Program-made: the position numbers and the translations under genes
In this document: positions 22,521 through 30,800 of the stretch, piece by piece
Numbering within the stretch: position 1 is the stretch's first letter
How the letters are laid out: each line of letters starts with the position of its first letter
Assembly: GCA_034669905.1 (NCBI GenBank)
Contig: JAXMOL010000006.1
Span: forward strand, 1-64,000
Source of the DNA: Candidatus Hydrogenedentota bacterium
Lineage (GTDB): Bacteria > Hydrogenedentota > Hydrogenedentia > Hydrogenedentales > JAEUWI01
Reading direction: 5' to 3'
Length of the DNA: 64,000 nucleotides
Notes under the pieces: generated by a model
Seen by the model: the letters and a program-made list of their open reading frames with translations, nothing else
Told to the model about the DNA's origin: nothing
Database searches by the model: none

Positions 22521-22763
22521 TTACTTCTTGAGCCAGGTATTTGCCCCACCGAGATTATTGATCTTGCGGATATCCCGAATGCCGACTCGAATCCCTGTAC
22601 GCGTAGCCGCCCGTTTACCGATCCGTTCCCCTACCCGTATTCCAATCCGTGCGCCACCCTTGATTTCCGATTCCGGGAGGGCTTGGGTATCCTGATCACT
22701 CACGTCTGCCGCAGCATCCCCCGGCAGGTCATTTACGGATATTTTCTTTGGTTGTTCGCTCAT
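22521..22763 (-). CDS. Double-glycine-leader precursor peptide A (80 aa), Arg-periodic core
   Basis: AAGGAGG RBS. Acidic leader ending EIKGG. Core ARIGIRVGERIGKRAATRTGIRVGIRDIRKINNLGGANTWLKK. Confidence 0.8.
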   Translation of the reverse strand: MSEQPKKISVNDLPGDAAADVSDQDTQALPESEIKGGARIGIRVGERIGKRAATRTGIRVGIRDIRKINNLGGANTWLKK

Positions 22764-23139
22764 GGTGAAGGCCTCCTTACAGCGTTTCCAGTCCGGCAAA
22801 TTGCGCGGACCGATACGGCTTGTTGCTTCAATGTCAAAATACTACCACAGAATTGAGATTTCTGCGTCCGCCGCCTTGGCATGCGCTCAGGGTAGGCCCC
22901 ATCGCATCGAGGGCAGGCCCATGATTGCAGGGGGCGTGCTCTGAAGCAACGTTGGGGGAACTAACTTTGCCGGTCTATGCGGCTGACTGCCCACAGGCGC
23001 TCTTCGTACCGGAATGAGGTCTGCAGAGTATCGTTACAGGACACAAGGGTATTGAAATGAAGTGCGCCCAGACAACCTGGTTCTTGCGGAAATATCGTAA
23101 GTGGTTGTATAAGAAGTGTTTGTAGAGATGGGGGTGTTT

Positions 23140-23155
23140 TGGCACGAGAATCGCT
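23140..23155 (+). promoter_or_regulatory. Sigma54 -24/-12 promoter upstream of peptide B
   Basis: TGGCACGAGAATCGCT with GG-N10-GC spacing, ~40 nt before the peptide ATG. Confidence 0.75.
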
Positions 23156-23192
23156 TTACCATGGCGCAGTCTTAATCATAAGGAGTATCGCT

Positions 23193-23399
23193 ATGAGCAC
23201 TAATAAACAGGATAACGAGATTAAAAACGGGCCAAAGAAACGCGTCATTCGTCTGGATGACCTGGATTCACTGGATGATGTGGTTGGTGGTAGCCAGGGC
23301 AAGCTGCTCTTTGGGGAAGAAGCGGCGCCTCAGAAGTCGCCTTTTGAGGGCGTGTTCAAACCCAACAACGGACGGGGGGGAGCTTCGGGTAAAGCCTGA
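23193..23399 (+). CDS. Double-glycine-leader-like peptide B (68 aa)
   Basis: AAGGAG RBS. PKKRVIRLDDLDSLDDVVGG leader with L(-7) and V(-4). Core SQGKLLFGEEAAPQKSPFEGVFKPNNGRGGASGKA. Confidence 0.7.
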   Translation: MSTNKQDNEIKNGPKKRVIRLDDLDSLDDVVGGSQGKLLFGEEAAPQKSPFEGVFKPNNGRGGASGKA

Positions 23400-23422
23400 G
23401 TAGCGCCAGACCTTTCTTTTGC

Positions 23423-23457
23423 GACCGCCGGAGTGTCTATTGGCGGTCTTTTTCTTT
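23423..23457 (+). terminator. Probable intrinsic terminator/attenuator after peptide B
   Basis: GACCGCCG/TGGCGGTC stem followed by TTTTTCTTT. Confidence 0.6.
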
Positions 23458-23614
23458 CATTCGCCCTTCGTAAACGAAGTGCACTCATCCATCGCGTTGA
23501 ATGGCAATGGGTGCCGGAAATTCGTGATAATCATGCGGAAACGAATTCGTTTCCAGAATCCCCACGGTGGCAATCGTCATGGTATTGCGGGGGGGGCAAC
23601 AGGAGGAAGCTGTC

Positions 23615-24706
23615 ATGACCGATGTGGATGTTTCGGCGGAGGTGGAAAGTTTGCCAATCCTCTATCAGCGATGGCTGGCGTCGATTCTGCCCGGGGGCAT
23701 GCCGCGTGAACGGATTGCAACGTGTCTGGATTGTGCCATGTGTGCCCGCACCCGGGAAGAGCATCAGACAATGTTGGGTGCCTATAATCCCGATACCAAG
23801 TGCTGCACGTATTTTCCCAACGTGCCCAACTACCTGGTGGGGCGGGCTATCGATGTGGATACTCCCGGGGCCCGGGTCATGCTCGGCTTCGTGGAATCGG
23901 GCACGACATCCGAAGCAAACGTGACCATGTGTGGGGTCGCGGCGACAGGCAAACGGTCGGCGTTGTATGATCTTGCGGGGCAGGGTGGCGGATTCGGGCG
24001 CGACCCTGATTTGCTCTGTCCCTATGCGATTGCGCGCGATACACAGGAGGGGCCCCTCTGCGGCATATGGGCGCATCGAAATTCCGTGTGCAGCACCTAC
24101 TTCTGCAAGCACGTAAACGGCGGATCGGGGCGCCACCTCTGGACGGCCATTCGGAATCTTTTTCGTCATATCGAGGCCTCCCTTTCCTGGTGGGCCATCG
24201 CCCAATTGATTCCAGAGATGGGTACCCTCATGCTCCGCCCGCCTGGCCAACAAGAAGAGCGCGTCGACAGCGTCCTTTCGCCAACGGCCTGGACCCGTTG
24301 GCCGGGCACGCGGGCCGATTTTTATCGGGCCTGCAGTGAAAAGGTGGAGGCGCTCTCCTGGGAGGAGGTCGTTGCTGTGGTGGGGTTCAAGGCCGCGCTC
24401 TATGTGGAAGAAGTGCACGCGAACTATGACCATGTCTATGGCGAAACCTTCCCCGACCCGCTACGCCCCACGACTTATACGACGATCCAGGCTGGCCATG
24501 AACGTACTACCATACAAGGTGGTGGCAGTGGTGGCAATGAACATGTCGAAGTACCGTCCATCCTGCTGCGCCTGTTGCCCTACTTTGATGGACGGTCCAC
24601 GCAAGAGGTGCTTTCCGACATTAAGGCGCGGGAGCAGGTCGGGCTGGACGTGGCACTGGTGCGCAAATTGTATGATTTTGGCATCCTGGAACGTGCCGAC
24701 GCATAA
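23615..24706 (+). CDS. Cys-rich YkgJ/FliB-like putative Fe-S/Zn protein with C-terminal winged-helix-like segment
   Basis: AGGAGG RBS. CLDCAMC...KCCTYFP...CPY...CGIWAHRNSVCSTYFC. C-terminal LLPYFDGRSTQEVL...LVRKLYDFGILE. Confidence 0.6.
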   Translation: MTDVDVSAEVESLPILYQRWLASILPGGMPRERIATCLDCAMCARTREEHQTMLGAYNPDTKCCTYFPNVPNYLVGRAIDVDTPGARVMLGFVESGTTSEANVTMCGVAATGKRSALYDLAGQGGGFGRDPDLLCPYAIARDTQEGPLCGIWAHRNSVCSTYFCKHVNGGSGRHLWTAIRNLFRHIEASLSWWAIAQLIPEMGTLMLRPPGQQEERVDSVLSPTAWTRWPGTRADFYRACSEKVEALSWEEVVAVVGFKAALYVEEVHANYDHVYGETFPDPLRPTTYTTIQAGHERTTIQGGGSGGNEHVEVPSILLRLLPYFDGRSTQEVLSDIKAREQVGLDVALVRKLYDFGILERADA

Positions 24707-24728
24707 GAGTTCAAAGGAGCAAGACGTC

Positions 24729-25790
24729 ATGAGCCCGCAGAGCAAGGCCACACCATACGACGGGACCTCACCCCCTTCCAGGGGCACCACGTCCAACAGC
24801 GTCTCCATGGAGAAGCTGGACGATTACAGCAGTGCCGATGCGTGCATGAATCGCTGCTTGCACCTGGCAAAGTTGGCGGCACGCACGGACCTCCCTGTCC
24901 TCGTACTTGGCGAATCGGGCACGGGAAAGACCGTCATCGCCCAGGCGATTCACCGATCGTCTGCTCGACATCAGGCGCCCTTCGTATCCTTCAATGCCGC
25001 GGCGTTGAGCGATACGCTGTTGGACAGTCAGTTGTTTGGTCACGAGAAAGGGGCGTTTACGGGGGCCGAGCGGCAGGTGAAGGGAAAGTTTGAGCTCGCT
25101 CACGAGGGAACCCTTTTCTTTGATGAAATAGCGGACCTTTCCTTGACCGGACAGGCCAAGATTCTACGTGCGGTGGAGGGGGGCGAGTTTGAGCGCCTTG
25201 GCGGAGAAGGTCTGCATCGGGCGGATGTACGGCTCATTACGGCGACCTGCCACCCGATTCGGGACTTTGTGGCGGGGCGCCAATTCCGGCGGGATCTGTT
25301 TTATCGGATCAAGGGGATTACTATCACGGTGCCGCCCTTGCGTGACCGCCACAAGGACCTTCCGCGAATGATACGGCGAGAAATCGTCCGGGCGGCCAAT
25401 AGCATGCGTAAGGTCGTGGCGGGCATTGAGGAAGATGCCCTGGAATTGCTCTTGAATCATCCATGGCCCGGCAACCTGCGTGAACTGAAGCAGGTGATTC
25501 AGGTGGCGGTCGCCCTCTCGGAAGGGGATACGATTACCCGCGACGGGGTGATCCTCGATACTTTTGCCTTTGAATCACCACCGGAGGCGCAGGAAAGGGT
25601 GTCTGAGCCGAAGGCCTCGCCATCCCCAACTCCTTCGTCCGCAGAACCCCTGACGCTGGGTGAGATGGAGAAGGCCCATATTGTTGCAGTAATGGACATG
25701 CACAACGGCAATAAGCGTCGCAGTGCCAAGACCTTGGGCGTCAGCCGGTCCACCCTCGACCGTAAACTGCTGCGCTATGGCCTGGAATAG
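24729..25790 (+). CDS. Sigma54-dependent transcriptional activator (bEBP) lacking an N-terminal sensory domain
   Basis: GESGTGKT, LFGHEKGAFTGA, FFDEI, FRRDLFYRI, WPGNLREL, Fis-type HTH (AKTLGVSRSTLDRKL). Only ~30 aa precede the AAA+ domain. AAGGAG RBS. Confidence 0.92.
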   Translation: MSPQSKATPYDGTSPPSRGTTSNSVSMEKLDDYSSADACMNRCLHLAKLAARTDLPVLVLGESGTGKTVIAQAIHRSSARHQAPFVSFNAAALSDTLLDSQLFGHEKGAFTGAERQVKGKFELAHEGTLFFDEIADLSLTGQAKILRAVEGGEFERLGGEGLHRADVRLITATCHPIRDFVAGRQFRRDLFYRIKGITITVPPLRDRHKDLPRMIRREIVRAANSMRKVVAGIEEDALELLLNHPWPGNLRELKQVIQVAVALSEGDTITRDGVILDTFAFESPPEAQERVSEPKASPSPTPSSAEPLTLGEMEKAHIVAVMDMHNGNKRRSAKTLGVSRSTLDRKLLRYGLE

Positions 25791-25798
25791 TATCTATT

Positions 25799-25816
25799 CG
25801 ATACCGTGGTATCGTT
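25799..25816. promoter_or_regulatory. Candidate bEBP upstream activating sequence
   Basis: Inverted repeat CGATACC-GT-GGTATCG about 110-125 nt upstream of the sigma54 site. GTATCGTT also occurs at 23028-23035 at similar spacing from the other promoter. Confidence 0.5.
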
Positions 25817-25924
25817 TTGCGAATCAGTTGGTCCTTGTGTTGGGTGTCCCCATGGGGTGGCTGTGTCCCCCTCCCAATACGTAAGTAACCGTCAGTCAAG
25901 TGGTTATTGCTTTGTGGCCGGGGT

Positions 25925-25940
25925 TGGCACAGCGTTTGCG
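25925..25940 (+). promoter_or_regulatory. Sigma54 -24/-12 promoter upstream of peptides C and D
   Basis: TGGCACAGCGTTTGCG: TGGCAC-N5-TTGC consensus with exact GG-N10-GC spacing. Confidence 0.82.
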
Positions 25941-26064
25941 TTACCGTTCGTATGCGACGTGATTCGCACGAGGAAATTTTAAGCGCAACCCAATACCCGA
26001 CTCATCGAAATCGCTTGGTCCGGGATAACGCAAGGCTCCCTGCACGGGGGTGGAGGAAATCACT

Positions 26065-26238
26065 ATGGCAACGATTGAAAACAACGATCTGAATGCTGAA
26101 GAGACCCTGAGCGAGGCCCAAGCCAAGGACGTGAAGGGTGGCGTTGCACTGCTGCTGCCCGCCGTGCAATCGGCGCGCGAAGCGGCACGTTCGAAAGACC
26201 CGAGCAGTTCGGTCGAATCCAAATCCGTCCGTCGTTAG
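26065..26238 (+). CDS. Double-glycine-leader precursor peptide C (57 aa), pilin/DUF1559-motif core
   Basis: GGAGG RBS. Leader ...ETLSEAQAKDVKGG. Core VALLLPAVQSAREAARSKDPSSSVESKSVRR. Confidence 0.82.
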   Translation: MATIENNDLNAEETLSEAQAKDVKGGVALLLPAVQSAREAARSKDPSSSVESKSVRR

Positions 26239-26284
26239 TAGCGATAGAACCCATTAACCCGATCAACGAAATGAGGAAGAAGCC

Positions 26285-26509
26285 ATGAGCAAGATCAACA
26301 ATGAAGACCTGAACGAAAAGAAAGACGAGAAGGAAACCCTCTCCGCCGAGGATATGGAGCAGGTGAAGGGTGGCGCTGGGTACTTGAAAATCGGCGATAT
26401 TAAGGGGGAGAGCCTGAAGATTGGCGACATCAAGGGAGAAAGCTTGAAGATTCCCGACATTGCGGGTGAGAGTCAGCGGATCTCCGATGTCACCTTAAAG
26501 CGTGGGTAA
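26285..26509 (+). CDS. Double-glycine-leader precursor peptide D (74 aa), Hcp/tail-tube-motif repeat core
   Basis: GAGGA RBS. Canonical leader ...ETLSAEDMEQVKGG. Core AGY(LKIGDIKGES)2LKIPDIAGESQRISDVTLKRG. Confidence 0.85.
   Translation: MSKINNEDLNEKKDEKETLSAEDMEQVKGGAGYLKIGDIKGESLKIGDIKGESLKIPDIAGESQRISDVTLKRG
26384..26473 (+). repeat. Three 30-nt coding repeats in peptide D
   Basis: ttgaaaatcggcgatattaagggggagagc / ctgaagattggcgacatcaagggagaaagc / ttgaagattcccgacattgcgggtgagagt. Units 1 and 2 differ only synonymously. Confidence 0.9.
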
Positions 26510-26570
26510 TCGGGAGTACCTGACAGGGACGATGCCTGGGTGAGAATCAACTGATTTTTCGGGGTGGGAG

Positions 26571-26606
26571 AGGCGCGATGGGTTACCATCGCGCCTTTGT
26601 GTTTTT
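26571..26606 (+). terminator. Intrinsic terminator after peptides C/D
   Basis: AGGCGCGATGG-GTTA-CCATCGCGCCT followed by TTGTGTTTTT. Confidence 0.8.
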
Positions 26607-26690
26607 GCGACCTGATGTCCTGATGCCCGGTATAGGAACGGACGTTGGCATGATGGCCCGGAAACTCTGCCGACCGCTTTGCGGCCACTG

Positions 26691-27887
26691 TTACCGGGGC
26701 GCCTCCTGGTCACGCATATTTTCCCGGAGACTACGGAGGGGTTCAAAGGCGTATTCGATAAGGGTGCGTCGCCCTACCTGGATTCGGGCTTTGCCACCCA
26801 TGCCCACTCGCAGGAGCTGGTCCGCTCCGAGACGGTCTTTTTCGGGGGTGACATGGGCCACGAAGCGCCCCTGGTCGTTACCGGGCAGGGCGGCGGGACT
26901 CAGCCAGGTCAGTTCACCATTGACCACGCCGAATCGTTGGTACGGGAAGGCTTCAAAAAGCAGTTTCGCCGACTGGCCTTCCCGGAGCTTTGCCATGCTC
27001 CGCTCTTCCAATTGAAGATGGGCGCGGGCCGGCGCATCGGCGGGGGCGATCTGACAGAGCTCTTGCCCCACGGAAACAACGTCACCGGGGCGTTTTCGGG
27101 AGACCGAAAGGATGACCCCGCGATAGGGGGAGCGCACTGCTATAACGTCGTCTGCCACATCCTTCAGGCGCGCGTCGAGCCCTTCGAGTTGCACCGTAAT
27201 TCGAACTTCCTCCAGGGCGATTTCTTCCATCATGTGTTGGTGATCCGCATCCAACCGGGCGAGGGTAAGCTGAGCGGCCTTGAACTGCTCATCGGCCAGT
27301 GCGGCATCGAGCTCGGCCTGGGCCTGTCCGAGTTGCTGTGACAGGAGGTCGACCGTAGAGTTCAGCCCTTCGGCGGTGAGGGCCTTCATACGGTCAGAAA
27401 CATCCTGGTAGACGCTCACATGCTGGATGCGATAGGAAACCTCCCGCTCCCGCTGCTTGATCTCCGCCTCCTGGATGCTGCGGTTAATGGCGTGGGATTC
27501 CATGGCGGCGTCGCGACGCTGGCTGAGGGCCGCCAGGTCTTTTTCGAGGGTGCGCTTTTGGACGGAGAGCTCGAGAATGAGTGGGGACCGAATGGTGAAG
27601 AGCAGGGCGCCGGCCTCAACCTCGCCCCGGGTGCTTGCATAGACCTGGTCGATTACGCCCGCAAAGGGGCTCTGTATCGGGTCGGAGCCGGACTCGGGCA
27701 GCATGATGAAGGGGGCCTCGACGGTTTCCGGCCAATCGATGATGACGGATGCGACGCCCACGGCACCACAGAAAAGGATGATGAGAAAGGCGATGACCCG
27801 CGCGCTACGGAAGGGCATCTCGTAGGGGAATAACTCCGTTACTTTTCCCGCCTTGGGTCGTTCCAGATTGCTTCCGTGGGTGCTCAT
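26691..27887 (-). CDS. HlyD-family type I secretion adaptor
   Basis: N-terminal TM, IQSPFAGVI, coiled coil, RSPYRGVI, FEAFPYQRFGVVNG, RTLIEYAFEPL. Confidence 0.9.
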   Translation of the reverse strand: MSTHGSNLERPKAGKVTELFPYEMPFRSARVIAFLIILFCGAVGVASVIIDWPETVEAPFIMLPESGSDPIQSPFAGVIDQVYASTRGEVEAGALLFTIRSPLILELSVQKRTLEKDLAALSQRRDAAMESHAINRSIQEAEIKQREREVSYRIQHVSVYQDVSDRMKALTAEGLNSTVDLLSQQLGQAQAELDAALADEQFKAAQLTLARLDADHQHMMEEIALEEVRITVQLEGLDARLKDVADDVIAVRSPYRGVILSVSRKRPGDVVSVGQELCQIAPADAPARAHLQLEERSMAKLREGQSAKLLFEAFPYQRFGVVNGELTWLSPAALPGNDQGRFVAHVTPEKDRLGADQLLRVGMGGKARIQVGRRTLIEYAFEPLRSLRENMRDQEAPR

Positions 27888-27890
27888 GGC

Positions 27891-30800
27891 TTAAAAGCCC
27901 CCCTGTTGGCTTTGGAGGTAGAAGTACAGCCCTTTTCGTGCCATGAGTTCCTCGTGGGAACCCATCTCGACCACGGCACCTTTTTCCAGCACCACGATAC
28001 GGTCGGCGTTTCGGATGGTGCTCAGTCGGTGGGCGATGACCACCGCGGAACGGTTGGCCAGAATCTGGTCGAGGTTTTCCTGAATGGCCCGCTCGGATTC
28101 GCTATCCAGGGCGCTGGTGGCTTCGTCAAAAATGAGGATGGGGGGATTGTTGTAGACGGCCCGGGCAATAGCCACCCGCTGTTTCTGGCCGCCGGAAATC
28201 GCAATGCCCGTCTCCCCGACCCGGGTCTCATAGCCCAATGGGAATCGGGCAATAAACTCGTGGGCATTCGCCACGTTGGCGGCCCATGCGGCCCGTTGCA
28301 TATCGGGCTCGGGGTCACCCAGGGCGATGTTTTCGAGAATCGTGCCATCGAAAATGTAGTTGTCTTGCAGCACCAGGCCAATCTGCTGTCGCAGGTCCCG
28401 GTAGTTCAGGGTATTCAAATCAACTCCGTCAAAGTGGAGGGAGCCGGAAGTGGGTTCCAACAGACCGGCAAGCAATTTGATGAGGGTCGTTTTTCCGGAG
28501 CCACTCCGCCCCACGACGGCCACCGTCTTGCCGGGCGGAATCTCCAGGTTGATGTTGTCCAGAATGAGGGGACTGCCCGGGCCACCGTAGTGAAAGGAGA
28601 CTCCCCGTAATTCGACCCGACCTTCCAGGGTGGAGACGGGCTGCAGTCGACTGCGGTCATGGCCCTGCTCCGGCTCAAACTCGAAGATGTCGTTGAGGCG
28701 ATTCATGAGCACGTCCGACATCTGGAACTCGTCCCATAGTCCGAGCACCGTCAGTATGGGGGCGTAGGCCATGGCGACGAGGGCATTGAAGGCGACAAAT
28801 CCACCGATCGTGATCTGGCCTTCCATGACCATGTGGGCGCCAAACCAGAGGAAGAGCACGGTAGACAGATAACCGACCGCCTGAACGGCGCTGTCATAAA
28901 ACATGATCGTAAAGTTGCTTTTGAATTGGGTCTTGGCCAGGCCCAGGAATTCGTTGAGCATGCGGTCCCGAAACTGCTGTTCCCCCGCACTCGCCTTCAC
29001 GGCTTCGATACCCCGAATGGAATCAATCTGGTGCGACTGATAGCGGCCATAGCTCTCTTCCAGGCGATTGAAGAGGGGCCCCAGGACCCGTCGCGAGATG
29101 AACATGAGTCCCACATAGAAGGGCATGGTGGCGAGAAAGACGAGGAGCAATTGGATGCTGTAGACGGCCATTAAACCCAGATAGGCGCCAACCTGAACCA
29201 AGGCCAGGAGGCCCATCAGCCCGCTCTGGACGATGAACTCACGGACCTGCCGTGCGCCGGCCAGACGGCGCTGGATATCGCCGATGCGGCGACTGTTGAA
29301 ATAGCTCATGGGCAGGGCGAGCATGCGGCGTGTCAGGTGATCGAGGATGGCCGCATCAATATGCACGGCCGCAAAACTCAGCATGAAACGCTGAAGCACA
29401 TTGGCGGACAGCATGAAGCCCAGGGCCACGATCATGGCAACCACCATGATGTGCAGGGTTTCCACATCGCCGTCTACGACCACGCGGTCCACGATGACCT
29501 GGGTAAAGACCGGGAGCAGAAGTTGCAGTCCGCTCGTGATGATGGCCAGGAGGAGAATCTGCACCAGGGTGCCGCGGAAAGGTTTGATGAACTGGAAGGT
29601 CCATCCCCAGGTGCGCTGATTCTCCGGTGCCGATTCGAACGACGGCGTGTAGTCCATGAGCGCGGCGTAGCCACTCCATTTTTCCGCGAAAGTCTTTCGC
29701 GGAATGCGCTCGTAGCCTGCGGCCGGGTCAACAATGTAGACATAGCGTTTGGTGACGCGCTCGGCGACGATCCAGTGGTTGCCTTCCCAATGAACGATGG
29801 CGGGCAAGGAAATGGAATCGATACTTTCGGGCTCTACCTTGACGGCGCGGGCGGCGAGTCCCAATTCGTTGGCGGCACCGACAATGGAGCGCAGGCTGGT
29901 GCCATCCAAGGCCGTATGGGCGAGTTGGCGAATACGCGGAAGGCTGACCCGCCGACCATGGTAACGGCAGATCATAGCCAGGGCAGCGGCCCCACAATCC
30001 ATCTCGTCAATCTGGCGAACGTAGGGAACCCGTTTGCCCCAGGCCCGGGCTTTTCGAGTCGCTTTCTTTTTCGTTTTTGCGGTATCGGACGGCGCCTCGG
30101 TGTGGATCCCATCGATATTGAGGGATTCGGAATGGGCGCTCTTCGGCAGGATTTCCTGGGAGAAGTCCAGCGGCACCTTGGCCTCTGTCTGGTAGGTGTA
30201 GGCGGCCATGCGGTCTTCCATGGCCTGGGCGAAGTCGGCGTGGCCGGCCATGAGCGCCTGCAGGGCTTCCCGATTCATGCAGAGCAGGCGGCACTCGGAA
30301 ACACTCTGAACCGTCGCCGTGCGTGGGGTGCCCTGCAGGGCCGATACTTCGCCGAAATAGTCCCCCGCGCGAAGGAAGGCGACATTACGCTCAGCGCCTC
30401 CTTCCGTGACGAAGACCCGGGCGCGGCCCTCTTCGATGATGTAGAAATCGCCGGAGACTTCGCCTTCACGAACGATGGTCTCGTTGGCGGCGACCGACAT
30501 GGGCGAGAGGTGTTCGAGAAAGTCTTGTAATGTGTTGGGGGGTAAGCTCCCGAAGCCCTCGGTGGCCCGTAGGAAGTTGTGAACTTTTCGGTGGCGAATA
30601 CGCAGTTGCTGAAGGTTTCGGAGTTCCGGCGCTTCACCGAGAATGCGGTGAAAATCTACCCGGTCAAGGCGGTAGAGCCGTACGTCACCACTGGCCCGGA
30701 CGGTTGCGGTGCGGGTGCCCTCCTCCAGCAGGGCCATTTCCCCGAATTCATCCCCCGGGCGCAATACGTTCAGGGGAATTTCTTCGCCCGTTTCCCCGCG

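Noticed and set aside
22810..22837. Sigma70 promoter for peptide A (TTGACA on - strand)
   Set aside because: The -35 is perfect but there is no convincing -10 at 16-18 nt spacing.
23720..23745. CLDCAMC as a radical-SAM motif
   Set aside because: Spacing is CxxCxxC, not CxxxCxxC, and no radical-SAM barrel motifs are evident.
24336..24728. 131-aa N-terminal extension of the bEBP ORF as a sensory domain
   Set aside because: It overlaps the upstream gene out of frame, and a good RBS precedes ATG 24729.
26285..26509. Peptide D as a truncated hcp gene or remnant T6SS/prophage
   Set aside because: No T6SS or phage genes in the window. The motif is triplicated behind a canonical GG leader, with an RBS and terminator.
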